Source of the DNA: Takakia lepidozioides
Taxonomy: Eukaryota; Plantae; Bryophyta
Assembly (NCBI GenBank): GCA_030704615.1
Contig: CM060733.1
Span: 33,046,001-33,110,000, forward strand
Direction of reading: 5' to 3'
Length of the DNA: 64,000 bases
Made by a program: the position numbers and the translations under genes. How positions within the stretch are numbered: the stretch's first letter is position 1; the number at the start of each line of letters is the position of its first letter. Below are positions 23,930 through 38,027 of the stretch, piece after piece. The notes under the pieces are model-generated. The model saw only the letters and a list, made by a program, of their open reading frames with translations. It did no database searches and was not told the DNA's origin.

Positions 23930-26900
23930 TCATCTTGTCGCCGTAAGACGTCCATGTCTGCCCCAAAGTTCTTTGCCAGTTCCGTGAACAAGCAACACCC
24001 TCTGCAGCCCATGCGTAAGCTCCTCACAGTACTCCATATAGCATATGGGCTCCATGCCCTTGTAGTGATCAGGTAGATTGAGCAAAACCAATTGGGCATC
24101 CTTCGATTGTTCCAGTATCAATTCGTTCAACTTCTTAGGTGAGTAGGACTGGCTGAACGTCTCCCATGTTCGTCTCATGGGTTCCGGCACTTCATTGTTT
24201 GTCATTTCTGCAGGGGAGCCTGGATAAACTTGGCTAGAACCGTGAGGCTCCATTTGACCCTGCATGAAACGTTTGTTGATATGTGAGTGAGTTAAGAGAG
24301 ACAGACATAAAAGACTTTCAACTAGGCTCCAACCTGTCTAGACTCGTAGACGACTCGTAGAGCCTGCACAATGACGAGAGACACATTCGTATAGGTAGGC
24401 CCAAAGACAGAAGCAATACAACCATAATGGCAAGTGAAGCAACATGACATTGAAAAAGTGATGCAATCATCCAAACACAGATAAGTACTAACCTCAAAAG
24501 TATGAGAATCATCTCCAGCATCTTCGTCAGATCCATTGTCCACAACAATCTCAAATTTACTTGGCCTTCTCTCCAGCTGACGGCCTGCTTCATCAGCCCA
24601 TCCAGCCTTCTCCTTAGAACCCTTCCTATCCCTGATGTCTGCTACTGGTGTGGTGGTTGTTCCGATGATGGTACTGTTGCTAGTGAATTCGTGGTCTCCG
24701 CTAGGAGAGCTTTGGCCCTCACTCTCCCTGGAGTAAGTTGGCGACTCCTCGTGGGATTTCTCCATGATAAGCGGTAAATGAATGCCCGAGGTTCCTGCAT
24801 CCAGTGTTGATCCAATGAGGGTCCAATGCACCACCAAACGGAGGGATAATCTAAGACTTCGTTTCTTCCTTAATGCTTTTTTTTGAATCAGTAACACTTA
24901 ATATCTTCATCCAGGTTGCCACCTGAACAAATCGTAAAACCAGTTTCAAACATCAACTTGTATAACTGTACATGTCTCCAACCTAATCTTAAATTAAATT
25001 CATAGATATGAACATTATTATATAGCAGAATTTGTTGAGTTCAGGACTATAGTCCTAGCAGCTCTTAAGTGCACGGGGGGAGGTCCTAGCACTACTTACC
25101 TGGGAAAAACCTTTGGTCTTGTGATTTTCTGCAGATAATCCATCAATCTTCATTGGAACTTGTGCTTACCATTTCCCCACTGAAACCAGGTTTTATGAGA
25201 AGGATAGGGTGTTGTAGTCTAGATAGGAACACCGACCGAGCAAAAATCTATCTCTAGACTTACCATCAAGAGCAAGGGCTGGCACGGCTTGAGCACCGCG
25301 GTGGCTAAGCAGCTCTCGGCGTACGTGATGGCTGGCCCCTTCCAATTCACCCAGCTGGGAACTCGCTACTCCATAGACTTTATCACCAACCTTTTGGATG
25401 TCCCCATCAATAATATTCGGTTTGCCGGTTGAGGTTGTCTGGTCACCAGGCCTTATTTTGGTAGCCTGTCGATTTGAGTTGTCCGATCCATTATTTTTTC
25501 TGCTCTTCACAACAAAAGTACGAGCAAATCGGTCATGAATCTAAGGAAAAACAATAATAATGTCAGATCATTGAAAACCAGAAATTAAGTACTGCAACAT
25601 TGCTATGGGACTCCTATGGGACAGACATATACTACTGACCTATACTTTGCCACCACCTCTGCAAACGCTCGAGCCTCCTCCATGCGTATAGTGTAGTCAA
25701 ATGTGTAGGGTGCCAACTCTGCAGTATCCAGCTCCAACACTTGAACATCTGCCTCTATTCGGACCTGCCAAGAACAATCGGAAAAATAATCATAGTCAGA
25801 AATGCACCTTACTCTTGTGGTCAGCTCGAGACTCCAAGATCTGGTGTATGGAAAACAACTGCAAGCACCAACCAGATGACTACAATAGACTGATGATGGA
25901 TCATGATGTGCAGCATTACTCCCAGGGAGTCACCCAAGACATATCCTAGAATGAGAATTGGAAACAACGTTCATTTGGTGACATCTGAAACATTTTATGG
26001 GTTAAGGAAATATTACATTAACGTTATAATATCTAGAAGTACGGACGTTATACGGAACCATTCGAAACTAGCTTCCACAAGTTTGTTTTCAGATTGAAGA
26101 GGGGGCAGATCACTTCGTACCTGTTCCAGGAGCTTCTCCAGATTCTTGCCGACTTCTTCAGAATTGTCAAGTTTCTCTGCCACCGTATGCACCCGCAGCC
26201 TACACTTCCGCCAGATTTTATGTTGCTGCAACAGATGAGCTAGAAGCAAGAGCAATCCTCCATCGTGGACAATCCACCACACATCAATCACTCCCTCTTG
26301 CAGGTCTCCACCGCTCGGGAACTTATTCAGATGCATGCAAACAAGTACTGCCTTGTCGACGGCTTTGCATTCAACCAAGGTTTCCAAAAAGACCTAGAGA
26401 CAGTAGATAGCCCACATAGAAAGTCAAACTTTCAACTTTACCTTGCCCATATTGTTCGCACATTCTGTATAGATAGACTTGAAAAATTAGCTGATTGAAT
26501 TGTGAAAGATTGAACTCCTGGATTGAAGCGGTTGGGAAAACATGTTAACCCCTCGTGAACAACACATATACTAGGTTAGTCAGTACTGGGATAACAATAT
26601 TGCAATGACACCCCAGTATCTTGCTTGGTCCCCAGTGTACTGATGGGATCAGTCGAGACACTACAAACCTGAGCAGGAATATCATCGTGTCCTTGCTCGC
26701 GCCATCTCGTAGGCCATCCAAGGACCAAAGTGTTCGGCTCCAAGCTACCAATTCCAGAGGATTGGATAGCATAGGTCTTTCCTTCTCGATACGATGGTGC
26801 AACTAGTACTCTTCCAAACCCAGTAACCTTTGCATCGGACATGCAATTCTCAAGTTCCACCTGCACATGAATGAGAAATCGATTTTTTCTGTTATACAAG

Positions 26901-29900
26901 CTGATCCACATGAAGAGCAATATTTATCAAGTGCCACAGCTCTATTTGTTTTTTCCTTCTTTGAAATATTGGTTGGTGATGCCCACTGTAGGCCCTCTCC
27001 AACGAGTGTAGTTAATAAGACTAAGGAGAACATCAACCGTCACTACACCCTCCAATATGTACAGCAATTGGTTAAATCCATTGCACAATGGAACGGATCG
27101 TGTTAGTTGGCATGTAATACCGAAGGGGCCGGATCCATGATATATCCCCTTAATGAGAGATGCACTTCAACCAGCGTTCACATCTTCAGGAGAGCATGAA
27201 GATATAGACGTATGCAGTTAACTGATCCGGAACATTGACGGTCTCCTGACATCCTAGGTAAGCTTTCTCTCAATATGAGTATCTAATATCCCCAAGGTCA
27301 GAGGAATACTTTTTCAGCCACTATTTGTGCTGGCATCTCCTCCAATTTCCCTTCAAGGATGACTGTCACCACACACAGCCCCTGCCCCTGTTGGCACGCA
27401 TGAAATGGTATCAGATTGAGTGAACCACATTAATAATGTAATGAGAATATAATCCTGCTACTCTTCTTTGATTTCCTTGATGCTCACTTTCACTGAAGCA
27501 TGATATATATGCCTCAATGGAGTGAAACAATTCAGGATCTTCATCCCGTGATGTTACATATGATCCAGACCTGCATTTCACAATACTCTTTCCCAAGTTC
27601 CTTCAAATAATTGTCATAGTTGGATAAAACAATTTAATCTTTCTTACGAAAGTCCAGATATGAGATTTCGACAATAGTAGATGGAAATTTATTTCCAGTA
27701 CTTCATCTAGAGAAGGTGCTGAAGTACATTTTATCCAGCAATGATTCGTGAGCTAACAATTTTTCTGGACAATTCAGAATGACGTTGTATGTGTAGTAAA
27801 AGAGAAAAACAAGTAAGTTTACAAGCTCAGCGGAAATACAAAAGGGATGAGCCAAGATGACAAAGAAGGAATACAGATTGTGAGTTGCAATGCTCCTAAA
27901 CATGAATATTCATGAGTAAGGAGGGCATAAATGGAGCACGTGGAAAAACAAGTATCAGCAAGGGGTGGAACAGCGCCTTCTTAAGTTGTGACGCAAAAGA
28001 AAGGAACTCGTGGCCAGCGTGTCCGTCAGCAGCCCATGAAGAACGGGGCTTGGAAAGGCATAACAACTGTGGACGCCAATTCACAGTGTAGCGTGCCTCA
28101 TCTCCTACTGCAAGAATTCCACTGACTGCTATTTGAAGGAACAGACCTCCTAATCCAGTTCCCCAGTTCACCTCCACCTGGAACATTTTCGGCAGTACTA
28201 TCCATGTAGTTAGCAGTCTCTTCATGCAGGAGTCACGACCCATGTTTAGCTTCTACGTAAAGCATTTCCCTAAATTTTCCTTTGTTAAACCGTATTGTCG
28301 CGCCTGATCCGTGCCAGGGCATCACAGCGGCCGTCCTTAGCCCTAATAACCGCCCTAATCTACCGCCCTCGGCGTCAGGGCCCTTAAATCCGTAATGCCC
28401 TCCAAGCGGGGCTCTACCCTATACAAAACTCCTTTTCAGGTCGAATGTATGATCTTTTCTGTGCTGATATTTTGTCCATGTGCAAACATTTCGATTCGCA
28501 AATATCGCCACTTTACTCTTTCAACCTCAAACATTTGCAACACATGGGAAGAAGAAGGCACGCACACCTGTCTGAAGTCGATGTACCCATAAATGAATAT
28601 CATCAAAACAACTGCCACCACGGCCCAATACCAAAGGATGACAAAATTCATTGCTGCACAAAAGACGAAACCCACCAGCGCAGCGGACCAATGGTAGTAT
28701 TTCCATTTTGGCCTCCAACTGCATACCAAATAGAAATTTGTCAGGTTTGACACATGCAAGTTGAAAAATGCCCTTTTGAAGTACAAATTAAGCCAGGGAC
28801 GCCGAGAAATCTATCTTCCTTCCTTTTGTATGAACCTCTGAACGTGATACCCTAATTGTTGATATCTTTACCAAAAGACATTTACAGAAGTTCTTACCAG
28901 AGTCGCAGTTATACTACTGTATTGCTTCCCTGAGGAACACTATGGACCAAAAACTAGTGATCAGAGGTCCGGTGAAGAAAGTACACAATACTGATGAAAC
29001 TCCCAATAGAACCTAACCTCAAATTCAGTAAACTTTGGATAGTTTGATACCTAGAACATTATAAAGTGGGTTATAAGGATCCTTTATTTGTATAAACCTC
29101 TGAAACTTGGCAAGAGTCCACAACCGGATTGTAAGGAAGATTGTAAGAGAAAACTGTCTTCTACTGAAGACCTTGAGCCCTACAGATTTCCAGGTATATT
29201 CTACTCCGATTCTGTAGCTTGAGCAGGAGCAAAAGAAGATCTAGTGCACATGTATATTGATAAACTATTAATCCTAGATAATTTACCTGGGAGCATTGAC
29301 AATGGAAAGGATGAAGCAAGAGAGGTTGAGAGCGGAATAAGAAGTGAGGAAACAGATTGAGACAAGCGGAGCCACCGCATCCAGACTTCCAATCATGGCG
29401 ACCGCCAAGCATAGGAACGTAGTGAGCATCAAGGCTTTTCGAGGCTCCCCATCTTTTGAGGTTTGTGCAAAATAATCCAAAAAAGGAACTACTCCATCTC
29501 CAGCAATTGCCTGCGCCACTCAATTAAAGGACATGAATTTTTTTTTACATTCGGTCAAGGAGCCTGATCAGATCTAAAGAGAGAAAGAAAAGAGAGAAAA
29601 TTTTGTATGCATTGTCACGGGAAGCTCGAAGAGCAGCTTATGGGATGGTCAAAGAAAGGAGGCCGATACAAGAGGACAGAGGAGGCGCACAGGCCACTTT
29701 CTCATCGCATGGGAAAAAAGATGAGGGGAGTCTCATCCCCTCATTACTCCGTGTTCGTACAGCAGGCACGTACATGAACACCAACCCCTTACTGTCAACA
29801 CTCAATTGATCTCAGTGAAATTATGAAGAGCTACAAGAAGATGCTAGTCTCTGGAAAATTCACAGGACGGCTACTCACTTGAAGCAAGCGAGGTGAGATC

Positions 29901-32900
29901 ATGAGACACTGCATTGCCTGAGCCATTGCTGCAATCATAATTCCAATTTGTGTCAAGATTGGCAACGGAAATGCAACTCTTTTTACAACCATCAGCATTG
30001 CATGCTCTCCTCCAGAGTCTCCCAGAAGGTATTGACGTGTGCCAACAGCTGCCCAGAGACCCATGTAGGAGAGGTACAAAAAGAAGCTGATGACCACAGC
30101 ACCAAGGGTTCCTGCTGGAATCGAATTTTCTGGTTCCCGCAGATTTGTTGCACGATCTGCCCCACTGCGCAACACAATCATTCATTCATGTAAGTAAGCC
30201 TGAGAGTACTCTTCAAGGCTCATCAGATTTCAAACGGTCCCGCTCGAGTAGTTTTCTTTTGGGATGCCAAGCATCTGATCTAGAGATTAGTCGTAGAAAT
30301 CTCACGTTCCATTGCACTATTTCAGCGGTAAAATTCCTTAGAATGCTAACTGCGCAATGAACAATGAAGACAGTATACATCGAAGTTTATGTCGCACTCA
30401 AACGAAACTACATATACGTTGGCCAAGGTGGTGTGACTCAATGTTGTACCTTAGTATTCCCGTAAAACATGGGAAGAAGAGTGACAGTGCACTCGAAAAT
30501 GAATGGCCTTTTATATACGCAGGACTCCAATTGCTTTTGAATGTCGTCCATGATAGTCCAGTTAAAGAGGTTGGTGCCTTCCCTCGAGGTGCCAGACCCA
30601 ATCCTATGTAGTATGACAACATTGTGTAGAGGACAGCTCCGAAAAACATAAGACCCAGCTTTGAGACGAATTTGATCCCAAAGAACACCTGCGAAAGACC
30701 AGCACCAAAACCCTTGAGTGTCAAACGTTGAGAAAACAGTGCTTGTGGATAAGCATGGCATACTGGACGCCTATATAGGAGTTCCCGCCTTTACATATTC
30801 ACAGGTAGACTTGAAGTTGAAGAGTTATGGATAAGAGAAATGAAAAGAAATGGAATGGTACTTTATAACGTACGCGGAAAGCTCATAGAGCTTACGGGAC
30901 AAAATGGAAGGAAACATGAGAGGAAACAAAACCAGAGCCAAAAATAAAAAACTATTGCTCGAGTGAGTGTCTAAGGGTGAAGTTCTCGTGCAGGTAAGCA
31001 GCTGTCAAGCATTTCTGATCCTCATAGTGGAAGAGAGATTGGGTTCCGCGGAATAGACAGTGGAAAGACAGGGAGCCGAGAGAAAGGAGAACTTTGGCAA
31101 TCTAGATTGACATTATTAAAATCTTGGCATGCATGTGAATCGATAACCTCACAAACAAAAGACAAAAAACTATCTACCGTTAGATATGAAACCACCATAG
31201 GTTCCACAAATTGAACATTTGAACTTCGATTCGACCCCATGACAACCACATATCATGTGCAGTGAAATGGAATATCCATGGGTCGGAGCGAGGGTGAGGC
31301 TGCAGGCAGGTGCATTCTATATTGTGAAGTTGGAAAAATGAACTTCTTAGAACATTCAACAATATTTCTCGGGTTCATAGTAGCAGCCTCACCATAATGA
31401 AGAGAACAAGAAGAATCACGGCCCCTATAACCCGATTGGCCGATGGGAAGCCAAGAGCAGGAAATGTGAATGTAATCATCTCCACTGACCCCAGCACCTG
31501 CCAACAGGGGATCCGGAGCATGCACCCATGACACGCTCGACACATTTGGGTTAATACCAACAAGTGGCGCAGAAAACCCTAGAATATCTTAGAATATCGT
31601 GTTCTATGTGTTCTCGTACAAATATTATTTGTGCTCGAATAGGTACTACAGCTCAACTTTAAAATGAAGAATCTAGAACCTGTGCACTTCGGAGTAGATT
31701 ACAGAAAACTACTGTAGTTTGCATGCACCCCTCATCATACGACCAGAGATTCAAATTTCAATTCTGTGAGTCAGGGAGTACGTAGCTGACTGGTAACATT
31801 GTGCACTACTGAAGTATAGGAGGGGACTTCTGTTGGACATAAGGTCAATCGGACGTGAAATATGGTGAAAATTTACCAGGTGTCAAACCACTACACCGAC
31901 CAGAGCATGGATAATACCGACACCTGCCTTCCACAAGGGTGTCTGCCACTCGAGCACCGCTGGGACGGTCCCCTGGAGGCACTAACTTAGGCATGCAAGA
32001 TCTTGCACTTAAGAGTTCTGCATTCCCAACTGGAAGGACGTCGGAATGGAGAGGACATAGCCTTTCAACAATTGGATGGAAAGTCATCCAATATGATGTA
32101 CAGGTCTACACATTCCAAAAAGGTATATCTACTTTGATTCTTTTGATCCGAAGCACCTTGACTCACCTCAAGCACTGAAAGCAGCACCACTCCTAAATAA
32201 TACATACATCCAACCGCACCCCCAATCTTCGGACCAAGCGCTCTCGATATTAGGTAGCTGCCACACAGCGAGAAACTGTGATCGAAGTATCCAAGGTTAT
32301 ATATATCAGCAGATAACTAAGTATAACCGAGCCAGCCAAGACCTGAGTTCTGCACCTCTCAAATATCATATATATACATATCAAGAAGACTATATGTATG
32401 ATCACAATGATACAGAAACAAGACCTCCAACAGAACTGGAGAATTTACCGCAAAACCTATTCCATTTGAAGTTCCACCAGCTGACGAGACTCAGACGTCC
32501 AAGGAGACAGAACACACTTACTAGGTACCTCCGTCCTCAATTGGTCCATTGGTGGCAATTGCGCTCAACGACATGGTTGTTAGGAGGGCACATACGAAGG
32601 AAAGCAACACAATGATCAAGGTTTGCCAGACCCCAGCATTTCCCAAAATGTAAAAGAAGCGCAAAAATATAAGAACGCCTGCAAAAACGTCCAATGTAAT
32701 ACTGAATCAGTTGGGACCAAAGTTTGAGGTCCGACGTTCGGCATGTGCTCTGAATGGCCCGACGTGATTTGAAGATTCAGTGTATTACCCCACATGTTCT
32801 CGCATGTTGGAATGAGCACCCCGCTGTAGGTGCCAAGGCCTCCTCTCCCATTGTGTCGTTTTCGTGGCAAACTGTGCCAGATGTTCTGAAATAATGCACA

Positions 32901-33026
32901 CCTACTGCGTGAAAAATCTGGCTTGGAGCCCTCCAGGGACTCAGACGATGAAGCTCGAGCAGAAATTCTCTTCGGAAAGCAATGCATTTTGCTGGTTTCA
33001 TATACAGCACTAATTAACGAGCTCAT
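23930..33026 (-). CDS. Cation-chloride cotransporter (SLC12), KCC-like/CCC2-type, multi-exon, apparently intact
   Basis: GLGTYSGVLIPTCENMWGVLIFLR; SLSAIATNG..GGTYYLISRALGP; FFPCFTGILSGADRA..SIPAGT; WRPKWKYYHW; NWRPQLL; IDVWWIVHDGGLLLLLAHLLQQHKIWRKC; LVLLNLP..RVLLVHGTGKE. Canonical splice sites; start ATG at 33026 is tentative. Confidence 0.93.
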
Positions 33027-33419
33027 CGCCTCGCCCCTTCGCAAATAAATGACTAACAGGCGAAATGTATATCTACATGCGAGCGCATAACGGAGCAGTG
33101 ATGCATGCAGCAATCGAAGCAGCGAGGGAGAGCAAGAGCAAAACAAGAAAGACGGAGAGGGAGAGGGAAGGTCGGAAGGCGTGGTAAACTGGGCGGCCTT
33201 TATACCTACTGCGCCAGCCGTCCATCGCCATCGTCCGACTCCTACCGGTCCACGTGGCATTCTTTTCTAGGATGCGCAGAAGTAGGTAGGCAAAGGCTGG
33301 AGTAGTAAGTTGTAATCGAGCCCCCGTTACTTACCACGCTTCTTGCATGCACGCCTTTGCTTTCGACATCTGTTCTGGTACCCGCCTTGTCAGTTAACGT
33401 TTCTCTGTTTCACTTGAGC

Positions 33420-33581
33420 AGCTAGCCCAGTGGTTGGCTATTTCTGCCTTGCCTCTGGGTGATCCTGGGTTCAATCCTTCAACATGTGCCTTCAAACCGT
33501 CCATTGGCCCCTTGGACTGTAAAACGTTAAAGAATCTTTATCTTTATCCTATCTGACCAACGATTGAACCCAGGATCACCC
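33420..33581 (+). mobile_element. tRNA-derived SINE-like head with a downstream inverted copy of its B-box region
   Basis: A-box-like TAGCCCAGTGG (33423), B-box GGGTTCAATCC (~33467); ATTGAACCCAGGATCACCC at 33563-33581 is the reverse complement of ~33457-33475. Confidence 0.45.
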
Positions 33582-34086
33582 TGATAATTCCTTTCATTGC
33601 AGTAAAAGATGGATGAATTCGGAATATGTTCGATGTGATGAATGAACCCTTCTACAGACTTTTAAATAGATTCTATCTCTAGTCTCCTTTGTATATATAT
33701 ATATATGTAACTCATATTAGCTTGATAGTTGTACAACGATTGATCAGTCGGTAACTGCGTCAGTTGGATATTGCCACCCCGGTGATTCTGATTCACTTTG
33801 AAACAGGATATTTTCTCTCCCGGGAGATATATATATATACATTACACAGTTATATAAACATATTGGTTTTTTATAGATCTCATCGAACATGAGAACGAAT
33901 GAGCATCAAAATTGTATCCAATTAGGATGAAATATAATGAGTAATAAGGGCTGCAGTAGGCGCATTATATCTTTACGTCAACATCTCGGAGATTCTGACC
34001 ACTAACAGAATCTGTCAGTGGACCCCTGCATCTCAGCCACGTGGCAGATATGGATTTTTCAGGTCCAAATATCTCCAATTGGGTTT

Positions 34087-36922
34087 TTTTTGTTTTTTTT
34101 TTTTTTTTTTTTGGTGAACAGGGGGTGGAGGCCCTGGCCAAGTTTATTGAAAAGAGGGGAAAACAAAAGAGAGTGGAGGAAAAAATAACCTCTAGGGAAG
34201 CCATAAAGGTGTATCACATGGGGAACACCCAGCACTGATAGGAAGGGGGGGGGGAAACAGCAGGAACAAGCCGGATCGTGGCTAAACTATGATGCCTGAG
34301 TGATGATGAAGAAAGAGCCCAAAGTCATGAGATGAGCCAAAAGAAGGAGCTCCAGGACGATGAAGGAGCCCCAAGTCTTGAAAGGAACCAAAAGAAGGGG
34401 CAAAGGGCTGTAGTATGCTACCAATCCTAGGGGAAGGGTAACAGTATAACATGTCCTGAAAACAAAGAGACTATCAACGACCGAAATCTAGGTGCACTTT
34501 AGATTTAGAACTGTGGGTCTTGTTGTGCTTCCAATTGATGTTTGGTGCGTCCGATTCAGCCGGTGACTTGCCAAGAGACGGGGAGGAGGTCGTGCCATGT
34601 AATTCGAGAGTCATCAATTCTGGAGCAGAGGATGTCGTCTTTGGCCCAGGTGGTGTCGAAATCCGCAAGCAGCTGCCGACTCCTGTCTTCATTGCACCTG
34701 CTGATGGTTGTTTGCAAGGACACCCAAGCCTTACGCCCCTCAGTCATTAGATCCGAATACAATTTGCAGAGTATTAGTCTGATGCTGGGGAGTTTTCCCT
34801 CAAAGATCAAAACACATCTGGCCTTCCATATTGCCCATAGCGTGTGTGCTCTAAGACAGGCCCAGATCGGGCATCCATTCCACGCAGCGCTTCTATGTAA
34901 ATTAAGCAACAGGAGAGGAGCTGATAGGGCTGGGAGGGCCTGCCAATGGGAATAGAAGCCTGCCACTATAGTCCAAATCCTAGCAGGAAGCTGGCAGGTG
35001 AGCAAAACATGCTCCATAGTTTCATTGTAACCACAGTTGCACATCAGGTAGGGTCCACAGGGAGGATTTTATTGGCTATCTTCCATAAGAAAGCGCTGAT
35101 TTTGGTAGAACGGTGCTTTGCCCAAATATCCTTCCAGATTTGCTTCCATCCATTTTCCTGCTAGCTGAGGTTCCATTTTCCATTCCACTTAGCCGTGAAA
35201 TTAGCGTTGCCCAGCAACAGCTTATAGCCAATCTTGACTTTATACCCTAGGAGAGGTGTTTTCTTGGCATCCATCCAGGTCCATTCTTCCGGGTCAAGTT
35301 GAAGTTTGCTAAGGGGATAACGCAAGAACCATGTTAAGGGTGTCATTTCGGCCAGTAGAACTCTCCTCCAGGGGGTGGCTTGGGATCTAGTATCCCAGTC
35401 AGAGTTTCTAAAACTCTAATTCTAAAGGCGGATTCCTGGCACATATGCCCTTGCCCAAATATGCAGCAGGGTCCCTTCAGAGTCGACTATAAATCTTAGG
35501 CCTTCCCAATGCAATGCAGAGCTGGAGATAGCTAGTAAGGCAAAGAATCTGCCACCTTCATAATTGCCGAACCAGCAGGGGAGGCTATTCTGCGAGTTGA
35601 CTACCCCGGTCAGTAAAGGCAGAACGTATGACACTCCTTGCTTAATGTGCTCCCATCCGTGTCTGATAGAACTCGCGGAAACGAGCGTGGACAGAATGTT
35701 GGGATGCAGAAAGCCTCCATTTTCCCATATATCGGCTATGTGTGAGAGTCTTTTGGATTCCCAAGTAGCCCATTTTTTGTGAAGAGAGATGAGGGGGGCA
35801 TAGTCCAGATTGTTGTTTCCGAACAACGGCTGGCGAATTGCCTCCTCAAAGCAAAGCGCTCTTCTTTGAAACAAGTGCGGTCTGATCGACAACCATGCAG
35901 CCCAGATAGACCTCCATGCGGCACTCCCCGTGCATCTAGATTTTGCTGATCCATGGGTCAACCACCTCAGAGAAGGAGCCCAAAAGGGGGAGGTAAGACC
36001 ACCAAGTGGGCTCTCACCAAGTTGCACCAGGGACTGTCACCATGCACAAGAGCTCTTGGTATCCATTTGACAATGAGGGCTTTAATCTGTCGGGAGGGAT
36101 CAATGATGCCTAACCCTCCTTCTTTTTTGGGCCTACAAAGCTGCGCCCAGGAGACCAGAGCCCTCTTAGTGGGTGCTTGAGAGGAAGCACCTCAGAGAAA
36201 ATTACGCATCAGTGTTTTAATTTTACTGACCAGCTTACAGCCCGGGGACCAAAGAGAGGTAGAGAACTAGATGGAAGCCAACAAGATTTGATTGAGAACT
36301 AAAGCTCTGCCAGCCAGGGAGAGCATGGCGGAACTCCAAAGGCCAACTTTTTACGCAGCTTTTGTAGAATTGGCTCATACCTTTGATCCTCGGAGAGCCC
36401 GATTCCAACTTGGAATCCCAGGAGAATATGCCCCATGCCTGGTTGGAGCCATTTGAGACCTAGGTCTTGTCCCCAAGGCGCTCCATGGTGTCTTGTGGCA
36501 CTGGGGGGAAGCTCCGTAAGGAGACCCACCGATTTATTCCAATTCACCTTCAGTCCAGAAGCAGAGCAGAATACCTGCAGAGCTTCAACTGCTCTGATAC
36601 TATTGGAGTCATCCTCGTTATTCAGCAAGAAGGTGGTGTCGTCTGCATACATAGACAACTTAACAGGCGGGCCCTGCAGTAGATTCATGCCTATAATATC
36701 TTGCCTAGCAGTTAGGTAATGCCCAAGAGCATCTGCTGCTATCAAAAAGAGGTATGGGGCCAGTGGGCAACCCTGCCTGACGGATCTGTGAAGAGGGAAG
36801 GATTTAGATATGGTGCCATTAATTGTCACTTTGCTAGAGGCAGACGTAAGGAGCAACTTCACCCATCTAGAAAAGGAGGCTGGTAGGCCCATCTTTTCCA
36901 TGACTCTATGTAGGAAGGTCCT
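34087..36922 (-). mobile_element. 5'-truncated L1-like LINE (RT + zf-RVT), poly(A) tail, TSD ATTGGGTTT
   Basis: RSVRQGCPLAPYLF and YADD motifs; C..C..ETMEHVLLTC; WAIWKARC. Poly-T at 34084-34112; ATTGGGTTT at 34078-34086 and 36923-36931. Confidence 0.92.
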
Positions 36923-37050
36923 ATTGGGTTTAGAAACAATATATTTTTAAGAATTCTCCTTTTTCTTTTTCTTTTTTTTAAAAGAAAAGCAAACACGTCG
37001 AAGCGACAGCTCACAAATCAGGCCCCTTGATAGCGAGAGGAGAAAATAAC

Positions 37051-37260
37051 CAGTGTTGTGCGGGTTCTGCCTTTTTAAGGAACCTGCGGGGTCCGGGTGC
37101 AGGTATTTTTTTCGAAGCTAAGTCCGGGTCCGGATCCGGGTTTTTGAAATTTGGAAAATCCGGGTCCGGGTCCGGGTTTGTCAACACGGACTCGGGTTAG
37201 GGTCCGGGTAGTTGTTGGGAAATATTAGCGGGTTCACGGGTTTGGATCCAGGTCCTAATT
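37051..37260. mobile_element. Possible hAT-type terminal fragment with CCGGGT subterminal repeats
   Basis: Starts CAGTGTTG, then multiple (T)CCGGGT/GGATCC repeats; matching end not found. Confidence 0.4.
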
Positions 37261-38027
37261 TATTTATTAACTAAATTAGAAAAATAAGATTAATAAGGGA
37301 TAAAATTATTTTTGGCTGGAAATAACTTTAAATCCTAATAATGAATTTTATTTTAAGAGACATTCCTTCAAAATATACCCTGAATATGAATATGTATACC
37401 AGGAATAAGAGTTAAAATAGAAGTTTGAGTTCCATTTTCCATTTTTCAATATCAATTCTTTAAACATGTTAAGAAAAGTAATATGCCTCAAGGGTAGATC
37501 ACGGCAAGTAATAGAAGAGGCCCTGGAGTTTAATGCGCCATCAGCGGGGCTGGCCCTCCCCTCCCCCCCCCCCCCCCCCCCCCCCGCCTCACCCCATGGC
37601 GGCTCTTGCGTTTGGTCACGGTCGCTGTGACGCGTCGCTCCCCATCCGCCCGCCCGCCTCCCTTGCCGCTTCAAACCCGTCATACATGAATCATGTCACA
37701 CAGCCATGCATGTTGAACATGTTCTATGTCACACAGCCATCATCCCGGAGATGCACATCACTCATGTAACACAGGCATCCATCATCACCAAGATATGACA
37801 CCTCCACATAGATGCATGGATCGTCACACAATGATTCAGAATTCAAATTTGAACTTCTAAATAAATATTTTAATCGATTGCACCGGATGATTACTTTCGT
37901 ACGGGCAATTGTCCACCTGTCTCCATCTTCCTCCTCCTCATCATCGTCCTCAAAATTCTTCGGTCACCATTGTAGCAGCGTTTGACACTCGTGCATGCAG
38001 TGTGAACCCGACTGCTGCTGAAACGAC

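Noticed and set aside
33420-33490. Functional tRNA gene
   Set aside because: A/B boxes present but no convincing cloverleaf or anticodon arm.
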